Shown here piece after piece: positions 11,701-23,700 of a DNA stretch of 64,000 nucleotides. How positions within the stretch are numbered: the stretch's first letter is position 1; the number at the start of each line of letters is the position of its first letter. Origin of the DNA: Acanthaster planci. Lineage: Eukaryota. The notes beneath the pieces were generated by a model that was not told the origin of the DNA, did not search any database, and saw only the letters and a program-made list of their open reading frames with translations. The stretch is taken from assembly GCF_001949145.1 (NCBI RefSeq), contig NW_019091361.1, positions 1 to 64,000 of the forward strand. The letters are read 5' to 3'. The translations under genes and the position numbers were made by a program.

Positions 11701-14700
11701 TCTCAAATTTCAGTGGGTACAAAATACATGTAGACCTGGTAAAAATGAAATTCTGCCCCTGACCCTGTCTCGTCTGCAAGATGTTTCAAAGTTATCAGCC
11801 AATATTAGGAATGAGAGTCTGTCTGAATATGACATTTACCCCTATGATAGGACCATTAAAGTCAAATAATTATGCAACGCCATTTCCTCTCTTGAGTTAT
11901 AATTTTTAATCACTGGTGATTACTGGTAATATAGGGCCAAGTTTCAGACTTGTACGCAACAGTGTAATTGAAGGTGAATGAATTTGGGGGGGGGGGTTCG
12001 GGGGTCCCCTATTCCTCAATTAGTGCTGGGAATGGTGCATTCAAGAAATGGGTTTTCTTCGCTACCTTACTAATACTTGAAGATAGCCATCATCAAACCT
12101 TTTGTACGCAATAGTGTAATTGAAACCGAGCTCGCTCCCGAACTATAGGGCATAAAATATTGACAGTTAAAAATTGCCATTAGAACCAAACCTGTATAAA
12201 AGCTCTGGTTTTCATCCTCTGCGTAGTTGAGGTATGTCCCACTGCGGTATAGTTGCAGGATCCGTTCCAACTGCTGATAAGTTTCCTGGGAACCAACCAG
12301 TGCCTCGCCTGGTTAGTAAAAATAACAATAACATACAGTTAATTGTTTCTCTACTGGGAATTTAGATAAAGGAGACGTTGTAAATGTAACGTCCATTGTA
12401 ACATTGCTATTGGTAGATACCACCATTACAGTCATGATTTGTATTCCTCACTTCTGGCCGGGCTGGGTACGCCCCTCATGGCTTATTTCTAAAATTATTT
12501 CTTTTGTAAAGCCACGTTGAGTGAACAAATGATATGTACTAGTCCACTATAAATTGGGTAGAACCTTCCATGCTCTGTTAGCCATACCACCTTTGGCCAG
12601 CAGCCCGCTGACATGGTCTAGCTGCTGCAGTCAAGCTAGCTATACGTGGGCATTCTACTTGGGTGTGGCGATTCATCACAACATCCTGGGCGCTTCGATC
12701 GAGCAAGCTATTGAGAGTTCATTCAATAACATGAACTGTCAGCGCGGGTGCAACAACTTATCCACGAAAGTGCAGATCCTCCTTGCCTTCAAGCCTTGGT
12801 ACCCGCAAAATCAGTCACCAGCGCCCCATTAGCAGACCAACTGGACTCCGTGACTAACAGCGAAACCTACTATCTTGTTTAATTCTCATGTTCACCGGGT
12901 CTCCATATTTTCCTTAGAATCGGCCGATTTCTGAATTTATTATTGTATAAATGTAACTTTTATTGTATTTAATTTTAGTCCTGAATTTGATTTTGGTGTT
13001 TAATTTAATCCTAGCGAATTAACTCCGAATTGCAATTTCGGTTTCCCCCGTCTTGTTAGTTGTTCGTTACCATTTTTGGCTTACTACGTTTATTCTTTCC
13101 ATAATTTTGCTTTACTGCCGTATGTGACGTACTGGGCTTATTGTTTGGTAACACCAGTCCAATAAGCCTTTTGCGAATTAAATTTAAATAAAATCTGGTA
13201 CACTGAGTTCTTTAAAAAATTCACGTGAACATAACAATTTGAATTCTTCACACTAAACACACTGTTGCTATACCTCGTGATTGGGCGCATGCTTTTGCTC
13301 AGTTACATAAGAGAGATGCCTTGCAACAATACACGGTTCTCAATGGATAAGAAGGGCAAAAAGGAACCAGCCCATTCCAGAGAAGGTAGTCGCTATGCAA
13401 AAGCTTGCCCCGAATCACGATGTAACATATGCAGCAAGGTATGAGACGGAGAGAACCCCCCCCTGCTTTGTGTTGGTCATTGTCTCGCAGGAATCTGGGG
13501 AATTCCTTTCAGACATCTTGGGAGGGGATGTGTTAAGTAACAATAGTCTCGAATGTGTATAGTGATTGGACATGTTGGGGGGGTACCCCTCGGTCTCATT
13601 TCTTGCTGAGTATACGATGTAAAGCAACAGTGTTTTTAGTCTGGGGAATTCAAATTGCTTTATGTGCAATCAGATAAGTCATTGTACCAGATCTTATTCA
13701 AATCTTAACTCGCAAAAAGCTTACTAAGGACTTTTGGAATTCTTTACACTCAGGTTCATACCTGTTTTGTTAACAAGATCAGTGACCATCACTCGCAGGC
13801 TGGATGGAGTTTCGAACGGTAACAATGTAAAGAAAATTTTATAAGCGCTGTACACATTCCTCCTATCGCTATAATATAGACACTTCCCGTCTACGCACGG
13901 TAGATAGACCGTTGAAGAGCTACCGAGGAGGGCGCAATCCACAGGTGTACGGCATGTAACTGGTTTGTCGTCTACGTCATCCAGGTCTACCAGTTTAATC
14001 TGAAATGGATTATTCAGTTAAAAAATGATGAGCTCGAAGCGGGGACAGTCATTTGCTAAAAATCAATTGAAAAATTCTACTCAGGATTCAGGGAACATTT
14101 GCCACTTTTTTAAAAGCAGGATTTTCGGACTGAGTATCATCGGATGCATGATAATGTGCCACGTGGCAGCTAGAAACACAGTTTTCTAAAGTACAATCCT
14201 ATAAAACCAAAACGCACGTCCCAAATGGAGCTGCTGTAACTACTAAAGTAGAAACCCGGCGATGCAAACAACATACCTTTGTACGCATAGTTACACATAA
14301 TTGTACTTGTTTTGGTATCCTTTTTGAAAGTGTTGCTCCTAAACTTCAGGAATTCTCAACTTCCACAAAACCTTAACTTTTCATGCATTGCCTTAGAAAC
14401 CTGAAGTTGAAAATTCGGGTCTTCCGCAGCATCTTCGGAAATTTCAGTATTAGCTACCATGGCAACTAAAATAAATCCCTTTTTTGATATGAAGCATCTT
14501 CAAAAAGTGTTTCTTCCAACTTATTTTTTTCATTTCGGCTTTCATACCTCGCCGTCCACTGTAACGAACTGAGAAGGTTTGAAGTCGTGGATGCCGAGGG
14601 AGCCAACAGAAGAATTACTCAGATAATACATCAAACGACTCACTCCAAGAGATATCTGAACAAAAAGAAAACACAACGTCATCAAGTCACTTATGAAGAC

Positions 14701-17700
14701 AGATGGGAAACCAATTACGATTGTGTTTACTTCATGTGAATTTCGACATTTAACATATACCTACAAAATATGCGGGCCTTATCTTGCAAATCATCTGGGA
14801 ACTTAAGATGAGTCCCAACTCCAAGGCTGATCTTTGGTAAGACGCGTTCTAAAAACACTTTCACTAAACCCATCATCGGAAAGGTGCATTAAGACCATAA
14901 ATTTGGTGGCTGTCTCATGTTCCTTTTTTGCTGATGACGAAATAGTCGTTGAAACGAATGGCCAATTTCCTCTGGCCATGTACGTTCGCGTGTATAGAAC
15001 AAAAACCTTTGGAGAGAAAAATTTATCATTAATGCTTCGAATCGTTTCTTTATTCTGGTTTAATTAGAGAAATACTGGTGTTTGTTTTTATTAAATTTGG
15101 AAAAAAATCTACTTTTTACTTAACAAACACGTATAAGAAATCTTTGCAATTTTGATTCTGCAGCGGTTTTCTTCTTCGTAATTGTTCATTTTATAACTCT
15201 TACACGACATTCGTCTGTCATTTCCAATGATTGCTACACACTTTGTTAAGGTAAGACTACCCTCAGACCTGTTTTAATTTGAGTTGACTTGGTATGCAAG
15301 TCAGGAAGTATTGAATAAATCTGAAGTTTTGTGAAATCATTTTTAAGAATGAGTTGCAAGATAAGACAAGTTACCTTTGCTGAGTTATGTCTAAGCGTCT
15401 AATGAAATTGGCCCATGATCACGAGCAACTTCTACAGCTTTTTATTCTTAACAGTAGGCCAAAATAATGCAAAGAAAATATTTGGAGGTTGAAGATGCTG
15501 TAGCATTCCTTGAAGCGATTTTACCGGTGCTAAAATCAATGAAAAGCATGAAAATAGTTCTCGTCTTTAACTCCTTCTTGAGTTCTTTCAAAAAATTATG
15601 TAAAAGACGATGTTACATTATCGGGTATTTTGGTGACCATTACCATGTGCTACTTAACAAGCAATACAACTGCGCACACATCTTCAACAATCAATTAGTA
15701 CCCATGTTTCTAGTGATAAACAACTTCTTTTCTCTGCCTTTAAACGCCAAAACTCTTTACGTGGCAACAAAACCAAGAAAATCACATGACAATGGCCACA
15801 GATGATGGTGGCACAATACGTATGTAAAGAAGGAATGACTGTATGGATTAACGGTTGAAATTATCGAACTTCTCAATTTTACAATGAAACGACGTCAAAA
15901 TTTAGTCACCCTCAGTCTGTCTTCCCAGGACATTTTCAGTAATTCCAGGAATGTGATTGGATGACCATACTCTGTAACCATGGTAGTAGTGCGCGAGGAG
16001 TCATTGATATCAATCTTCCCGGGCAGGCAGAAACCTAATACCTGATTGTAAAGATAGAGAAAAGACAAAGTTAAGCACACATTACTGTATTTTGGGCATT
16101 TGAGTTGTGGATTCTTTAAGTCACAGATGCTGGCCAAACATGTATACCGTGACTTTCTCGGACACTCCAAACGTTTTTCTTGCTATTAGTTAGTAAACAT
16201 GCTCAACTGCGTCAACAATAGCATATTTCAAGTTTTGATAGATGTTGTTTAGCAACTGAATATTTCAAGATGTACATTGTACTTTTGCGTCGGGGAGATG
16301 TGAATGATAATTACCGGTTTTGTTCTAACGATGTTACTTTATAGAGTATTTTGGTAAGCCTTATCCATGTGCTACTTAACAAGCATAGGTTCGAGTCCCA
16401 CCCGAGTAATCTTGTGAATTTTTCACAAGCTCTCAGACAAGCACTGAGTATGCAGTGTTTATAAATATAAATATACGTTGTGTTACAGCAAAACCCATGA
16501 TTAAAATTAAAACTCCCCGACGCAAAAGTACATCTTAACATAGTTTGCAGTACTCGCTGCTACATCTGACTCGGACCGGCCANCACAAGTTCAAGGACAA
16601 GCACTGACTATACAGCGTTAATATATATACGTTGGGTAAGGGCAAAACCCGTAATTAAAATCAACTGAATGTTTATCTAATTTATGAACTGAACATCTAA
16701 TGTTTAGCATGTAAAGATGTGTTTTGTTACTGAACACAGTTTCTGGGGTACAGTGCCGAATAAGACTATCGGTTATTTGATATCTAAAGAGGTCATATAT
16801 CCAAATCACATCGAGCATAAATAGTTGGGTATATACAAAGTTGTCTGCTCACAAAACCCTCTCAATATTTGGGAGCTGTCACATAAAAATATCGCAGTCA
16901 GAGGTATAAGGTATTCAAATAAATTTTTGATATCCTCTGATTCCGGGAGAAAACCGACAATGTGCTAGAAGGTATATTTGCAGATTCTTGTTTCTTCATT
17001 GACGAATCATCCTAACGTCATACACCAACAACTGGACTGAACTGTACGTGGGGTGCAGTGACTCTTAATACTATGACACGGCAGTCGGCCAATAATATAC
17101 AACTCAGAATTACGTGTCATGGAAAGTAAAGTTAATGCAGCCATAAAGTATCGTTAGCGGCTGTTTACAGACGAAGTCATCCAAGTTAATTTGTTCGTGA
17201 TCGTAGGCGTATCCACATGATACAACACGTACATGGGTATGTATAAGGTTGCAAAAATTTAGTTTTGGCACGGCTCGCATATCCGTAATGATGCACGTGG
17301 CAACGTAGCAACATTGGTGGCGCTGTTTTCCTCACAAACAAACTCATTTACCCAAAATGTAATTCAAAGGCATTGCAATCCAAACAAACGATACGTCAAG
17401 CGTCGTGCATGTGAGAATTTTTTTATTTTGGGGGAATAAAATTAATGTGGTGTACAAAACCGAAACTTTATACGTACTTGTTCCGTACCAAGTTGCTTCC
17501 GTACGTCGTCGGAGTCACTTTTCCACATTAAGTACAAGACAGCCTAAAGTGATGATGTCATAAGCGAATACGGATACGTGATACGAGCGTGCATTTTCTG
17601 TTTGTTGAAACTGTCTAGTGTGTGGATATCTGAACGCTTGTGCCCTCACCTTAATATTGAAAAATGAAGGGGGAGCCTACCAGACCAACGGCGCTAAGAA

Positions 17701-20700
17701 AAGGAGGTCTCCGTGGATTTACCGACAATTTACGACGCTAGAAAAAAGTCAGGTTCATGTAACACAAATCAAAAACCTCTGAGACTTTGGAAGAAGCATA
17801 GCTTTTTCGGTATTGTGTGTATCTGTCCTTTGAAATCCTGACATTTTTCATGGTGCTTTAATCAACAAGAGTCCGTGTATAGACTAAACCAGTATTACTA
17901 AATTAAAAACAGTAATAAAACAATACAATTATGTTCACGTAGACTAAGTCATTATTACTAAATTTAAAACAAAGCAACAGTAAAACCAATACGATAAAAC
18001 AGATGAAACCCAAAATGCATATTGATGTATTTTTGCGTAGGGGAGATGTTAATTATATATAACGGGTTTGCCCTTACCCAATGTATATTAATAAGCCGTA
18101 TATTAATACCCAATGTATATTAATAAGTATATTAATAATGTCCGAGAGCTTGCGAAAAAACCTCATAAGCTTACTCGTGTGGGACTCGAACTCACGACAC
18201 CTCCTGCTTACTAGTGCAAATGTCTTAACCACTCGACCACCGAGCTTGCCGAGGTCGGCTGGCCGGTCCGAGTCAAATGAGGCAGCGGGTACCGTTGGTT
18301 CGAGTGGGTTCGAGTCCCACCCGAGTAAGCTTATGAGGTTTTTTTCACAAGCTCTCGGACAAGCATTGAGCATACAGTGCTTATTAATATACGTTGGGTA
18401 AGGGCAAAACCTGTTAAATATAATTAACATTTCCCCAAAGCAAAAATACATCTTGAAAATAGTTCGCAGTACCCGCTGCTTCAAACGTTTTAAAAAGTGC
18501 AGAATTTGGTTTGAAGCATGTGACAACCATTCCATGGTATCTTACTCCCAATATTCTTCACATTCCATACCATATGCCGCGTTTATTAGTGTTGGCAAAT
18601 ATTTGACAACCATTCCATGGCATCTTAGTTACATCCAATATTTTCAACATTCGATACCATCTACACAGAGTCTGTGTGTGGGGAAACATTTGACTTTCAA
18701 TTTTGCAGGTGAACACTTCAGGTGCGTGGCTTGATATGTACGTCAACTGACAGATGACTAATTGATGTAGGCCAAGTTTATTTTAGTTGGTCCAGCTCTG
18801 CCTCGATGGATGGTACACTGGTTCTCTCAGGTGGGCCAAAATGTTACATATGTTGGTGAGAAATTTCGGTACATTCAACCAATAATTCTGCACTGAGAGG
18901 GCTCTGCTATGGCTTGCAAAATAGACACTGATTCCAAAATAGATCTCCATGGTCAATACAGAAATAAAGATATCACTTTTCATAATAATACATAACCTAG
19001 CTACCGGTATTGCACGAACTTTGCACGCCTGGAAATACAGCTATCTCTATTTCGGAATCAAATGTCATCTTTGCACGCCATACTTTGTTCATAAATATGA
19101 CCAATTGGGGAGTTCAAATTCAATATTCAAGTTTCGCGGCTGCATAGTACTGTTGTAAGTTTTAGTAATGGGCTGCATGTTTTTTCCTATTTTTAAAGTT
19201 CCTAGAAAAGTTGGCACCTAACCCAACACCACCACCTATGAATATGGCACCCAAATGTATCACGCATTGGTAGTTGATACCACTGAGCTTCTATTATAAG
19301 GAGTCAAAAAGGTTTGAACCGAAGTTTTTCCTCCCAGGAATAAAACGATTTTAAAGGTCCCACTGCTTGCTTACTGAAATCCAGTCTGAAAACAAGTATA
19401 CCTCGATTAAACGTTTGCAGGCTTTGCAGGTTTTCTTGGGTCCAAAGGGAGACTTAATACGGGGTTTCTACATCCAAGAGATTTCTTTTTCATAATGAAC
19501 AAAGACAAATTTTCATACGTCGTATTATAACTTAGTGACGTGGTCAACTGGAGGTAGGCGGTGGAGGGCAACTTTCCAACTTAATTTATGTTGCTAACTT
19601 TTTAAATACAATGAAAACGCTACTACTGCGGGGGTTGGGTTTTTTTGGGGGGGGTTGAGGGTTCTAATACGAATGAAAAAACTTTGTTTTCGTCATTTGA
19701 GACAGAAACCCACTCCCTCATGCATCCGACCCCAAACTTTGATACGCTAATGAGCGAAGCAGCCCCTAAATCTTAACTTCCTTGGTGGAGTAAGCTCGCG
19801 GTTATTTCAAATATTTTTCAGCTCGGTGAAAATGACGCAATCGATATTGAGTGCTCGCTGTTGTTAGGATTCAAACATTAGTGTTCCTTGGAGAGGCTTC
19901 GTCTAATTGTTAGATTTTAAATGGCTGCCCGATTCCCTCGTTGCATTTTAGCTGAAGAATGCAAACACCGAAGGCTGTTAAGATACTCCCACAAAGAATT
20001 GCAAATCCCCAAAGTGCCCTCCCAAACGGTCCAACTGTTTGGGAATGCAAAAATATTATCGTTCACAAAATACAAATGCATCAGACTTTGGGTAAACTAC
20101 GTTTCGGGCACGGGAAAAGCGTGTTTAAATAACAGAAAGAAAAACCTCCCTCGGTGTTTATCAAACTCCAGTTGACGACCGCCCACTGAATTACTGCGGC
20201 TTAAAAACACGAACAAAACAGCCACCCGGAAGGCCTAATCGGCCTACTTCGGTGTGTTACCCATTTGCTTTGCTCAGTTGAGTCACAATACTCGACCTAA
20301 TGTATTTCAAGCAGGTTGAAAAGGACATGGGTCCTTTCAACACTGAAGAGTGAGGGATTAGCTCAGACGACCGAATCTCGTTGCCGACACCCGGCGGGTT
20401 TAACTGATGTCAGCGAGCCGTCATGAGCCCTTGTCACGAAAACAGGTGCATCTCAATCAGTTGCACAAAGAACTGATTTAACTTGCTTCAATCTTGCCTA
20501 AACAAGCGGGTAACAAATAGGGTCACAGTAACAAAATAAAGCTTATTTGAATTTTGTCTCTCTCGTGTGACTCGTGTTTATGACGCCCCTCCTGAGCGCT
20601 AGCGTCCATAATCTTTCTTCCTTTTAGATGGATACTGTTCTCAGAACCTCCTGGGTCAATGATCAGATATTACTTCTCCCTGTTCTTTGATCAAGCCGAT

Positions 20701-23700
20701 TAGATTTACCGTCCACTAATGTCAATTTGCGAGTGTGTCTATTTCATTCTCCGTAATCTAATTGCGAAGATTATTTTCTGCGTATGCCAAACAAAAACTG
20801 AAGGATAAGTTCCGATCATTTTCTTGGTCACAAAGTTATCTGACCCTGTGCCTCTCTCCTGGACTTACACTCCAATTTCAAAAGAGAAAATCCATCATTT
20901 CCAACTCCGCTTCGACGTTTGACGTTCCACACGAGATACCAGTGAGTGTGTAAACTAATGCACTTAAAAAAGACTCACTCGAACAACCAACACATGGACT
21001 ACAATTCTATCTAATTTTAGCGTTCCCCCCGTTAATTCCACGGTTCTCAGTTTCAACCGACCGTATTGCACCCGAGCTCACTGAAAACAATCTCATGAAT
21101 TCATTGGAACCGCTTTTCACCCAAGCTCTTCAAAAAAATTCTACGAATTTAACGAACACAAAGACCTCCGAAGGCAATACAGAACTTTCTGGCAACTGTC
21201 TCAAATGTGGAAACTCGTTTGGGCGATCTTTAAACTACACAAACTTTGCTTTTCCCCCTTATCTATTATATCGCTGGTGTTGTGACAGACCATGGAAAGA
21301 CGAGACAGAAGATAAGACACCTTCCAGAGCGATGTTTAGCCAACAGGCTTTGGATCACTGATAGCATGCCTCATTAGAGAAGGCCCGTCGATATTAACAG
21401 CTGTAAAGGAACAGTCAGAGGGCAATTTGCAATCGAACTGAGTCCGTAGTTATTGATTCTACCGTCACTGTGTCCAGAGGCGTAAATCTGTGCCGGAAAC
21501 TGGGGGGGGGGGGAAAGGGTGGGAAGATGACTTGCCCAGCGATCAAAATTTGAAAAGCAGGGGGGGGTTGACACCATATGACTATTATGGTCGATGTTCT
21601 GATATTGCTGAACATCTGCTTTGTGCATTCACAATGACATATTTGTGGCTTTTGATATATTTTTTTCCTTTTTTGAGTGATATTGAATGCATTTTTTTAG
21701 TCGTCGAAAGTCTGAAAAATTGTCACAATCCGATTTGATATTTTGCTCACCACAAAACGCGCGCGCGTGTGTGTGTGTGTGGGGGGGGGTGATTCAATAG
21801 CACCTCCCCCACCTCAAAACGTGGGGGATATACCCCCTGGATTTACGCCACTGCCCATGACTGTATCGATTCTTATCCGTAACGCTCCATAAGGAAGTAT
21901 CTAGGTACAACAATCAGTTAATACATGAGGACTAATGCGTTTAATTTGGACATTTTGTGAACCGGTTGTCAATATTGGATTTCCAGCGTGATTACTGCGA
22001 GAAAAGTTTAACGCGGTAATAAGAAACCACGTTTCTATGAACACAAATCATTCACGACCTGTAGGCCCTATGTGTTTGCTGAATGTCTGTGGGGCACAGG
22101 GTTAAGGCTGAACTGTGAGGCACAAGCTGTTGTTTTCAGGGGAAAAACGTGCCCGTCAGTGTGCATGACAATTTGAAGAGAGTCAAGCTTTTTTTTTTTT
22201 TTTTTTTTACATAGGTTTTTAAAGTTATTTTTAAACGTTTCTCATTCCAATTCACCTCATGACATTTCCAACTTAATCCAAGAAAAAAGCCAGCCCTTGC
22301 CATAAACAATTTTGTCTTTGACCATTAAATTTCAAAAGTTGGTCAACACATTTCAAGATAACGTCAAGAACATTCGTTATTTCAGTTCAAGTTCGTCCAA
22401 AGGAAAGCAGAGTTGCGGCACTCAGAAATCGATCGTGCCGATTTTTAGGCAAATTAGTCCTCATTTGTTCACACGCTAAAAAGGGGTTTAGTTGCATTGC
22501 AAAGAGAACATGGCCTACACATAAATTTCTTAATATCAAGGAAAAGAACAAATTTCACCGATCACAGAAGAACAGTTAAAACAAATGGATACAAAATCCT
22601 CAATAGCAAGACGTATGCATTCTACTGACGGGGGGGGGTTGACGAAATGATACGAACATATCAAATTTTTGGACAAATTTGTTTTCTGAATAACGCAGCT
22701 CGGCGTATAAGCGAAATGAAATAGAATACTCGGTCAAAATGGTACTCGTGCTTAGAATTTGGTTGACCGAAACTTGAAATCGTCTGACAGTTGACGAAAT
22801 TAAGCACTGCAAGTGATTTCGCTGATTTCACTGGACAAAATCGAAAATACACATTTTTGTGAATTGGAATGAAAATCGTGTTAAAATAGCTGGGAAAACC
22901 TAGATTTATATTGTTTTATATATTACATTTCAGAATTTTCTAACAAAGTGAGACCTGGTTTGAGCATACTACGACAATGCTTGTTTACCAATAGTTACTT
23001 AACTGCTGATTATTTTATAATTTTATGATTGGCATTTCACTTTTTACAAAAATTTCACTTTTTACAAAAGTGAAAAACATCAACTTAAGGTTTAGGTGAT
23101 AAAAACCAAAGCTGGTCCTGGAAAACAGTACCTCATAGGCCCAACATAACCAAAAAACATTCAGACACTTAAAATTAAGTAGGCCCAGATAAAATTGAAA
23201 TTTCTTGGGATCAAACTTTTTGCAAATTCCTACTAGGGATGTGATATTATGCTACTTTAGCATGCTACCTACCTACAACGCATGTAAACTGCGAAAACAA
23301 GACTTCTTCACGAAATTGTCCTGTTCCCAGAGTTTATTCCACTTTTTAAAACAATTCTGGCTGACGTAGATTAGATTCTGTGCCCTATATTGACAAAAGT
23401 ATTTGAACAATTTAACAGGCATTTGACATTTCTGGAACAGCTGCAATCACTCGTCAATGTCAGAGTCAGAGTCAATAGTATCGCAGTTTGAAGCAGATGC
23501 AACAAAGTAACAGCGTCGAAATAAAAGCAATTTTCTCAGCCAAGATTGCATATTCCCGATCTGCGTGACAAAGGAGCATGGTGGATTGCATAGGCAATCA
23601 CGTGTCAGATTTATGGTCTCGTAAAAAAGTCTCACAAATATGCTAATGGCAATCCTGCCAACGGCAGAGAAAAATACGGCGCCTATTATCTCGCGTTTTA

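Larger units (their letters stand above)
9782..11971. mobile_element. Inverted-repeat-bounded ~2.2-kb region in PKDCC intron 5 (putative non-autonomous DNA element)
   Basis: ~85-95-bp arms at 9782-9876 and 11881-11971 are reverse complements (core CGTACAAGTCTGAAACTTGG..TTACCAGTAATCA). A partial extra copy lies at 12102-12123. Confidence 0.55.

Noticed and set aside
18170..18250. Functional tRNA gene
   Set aside because: Acceptor stem and anticodon arm are imperfect and the sequence is embedded in a repeat; treated as SINE-derived.
18074..18535. Overlapping 153-aa and 106-aa ORFs on opposite strands with shared peptides
   Set aside because: Explained by the palindromic repeat.
20177..20185. 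GLI-like site GACCGCCCA in PKDCC intron 1 (also GACCACACA at 34450)
   Set aside because: Isolated 9-mer variants are expected by chance in 64 kb; no conservation data available.
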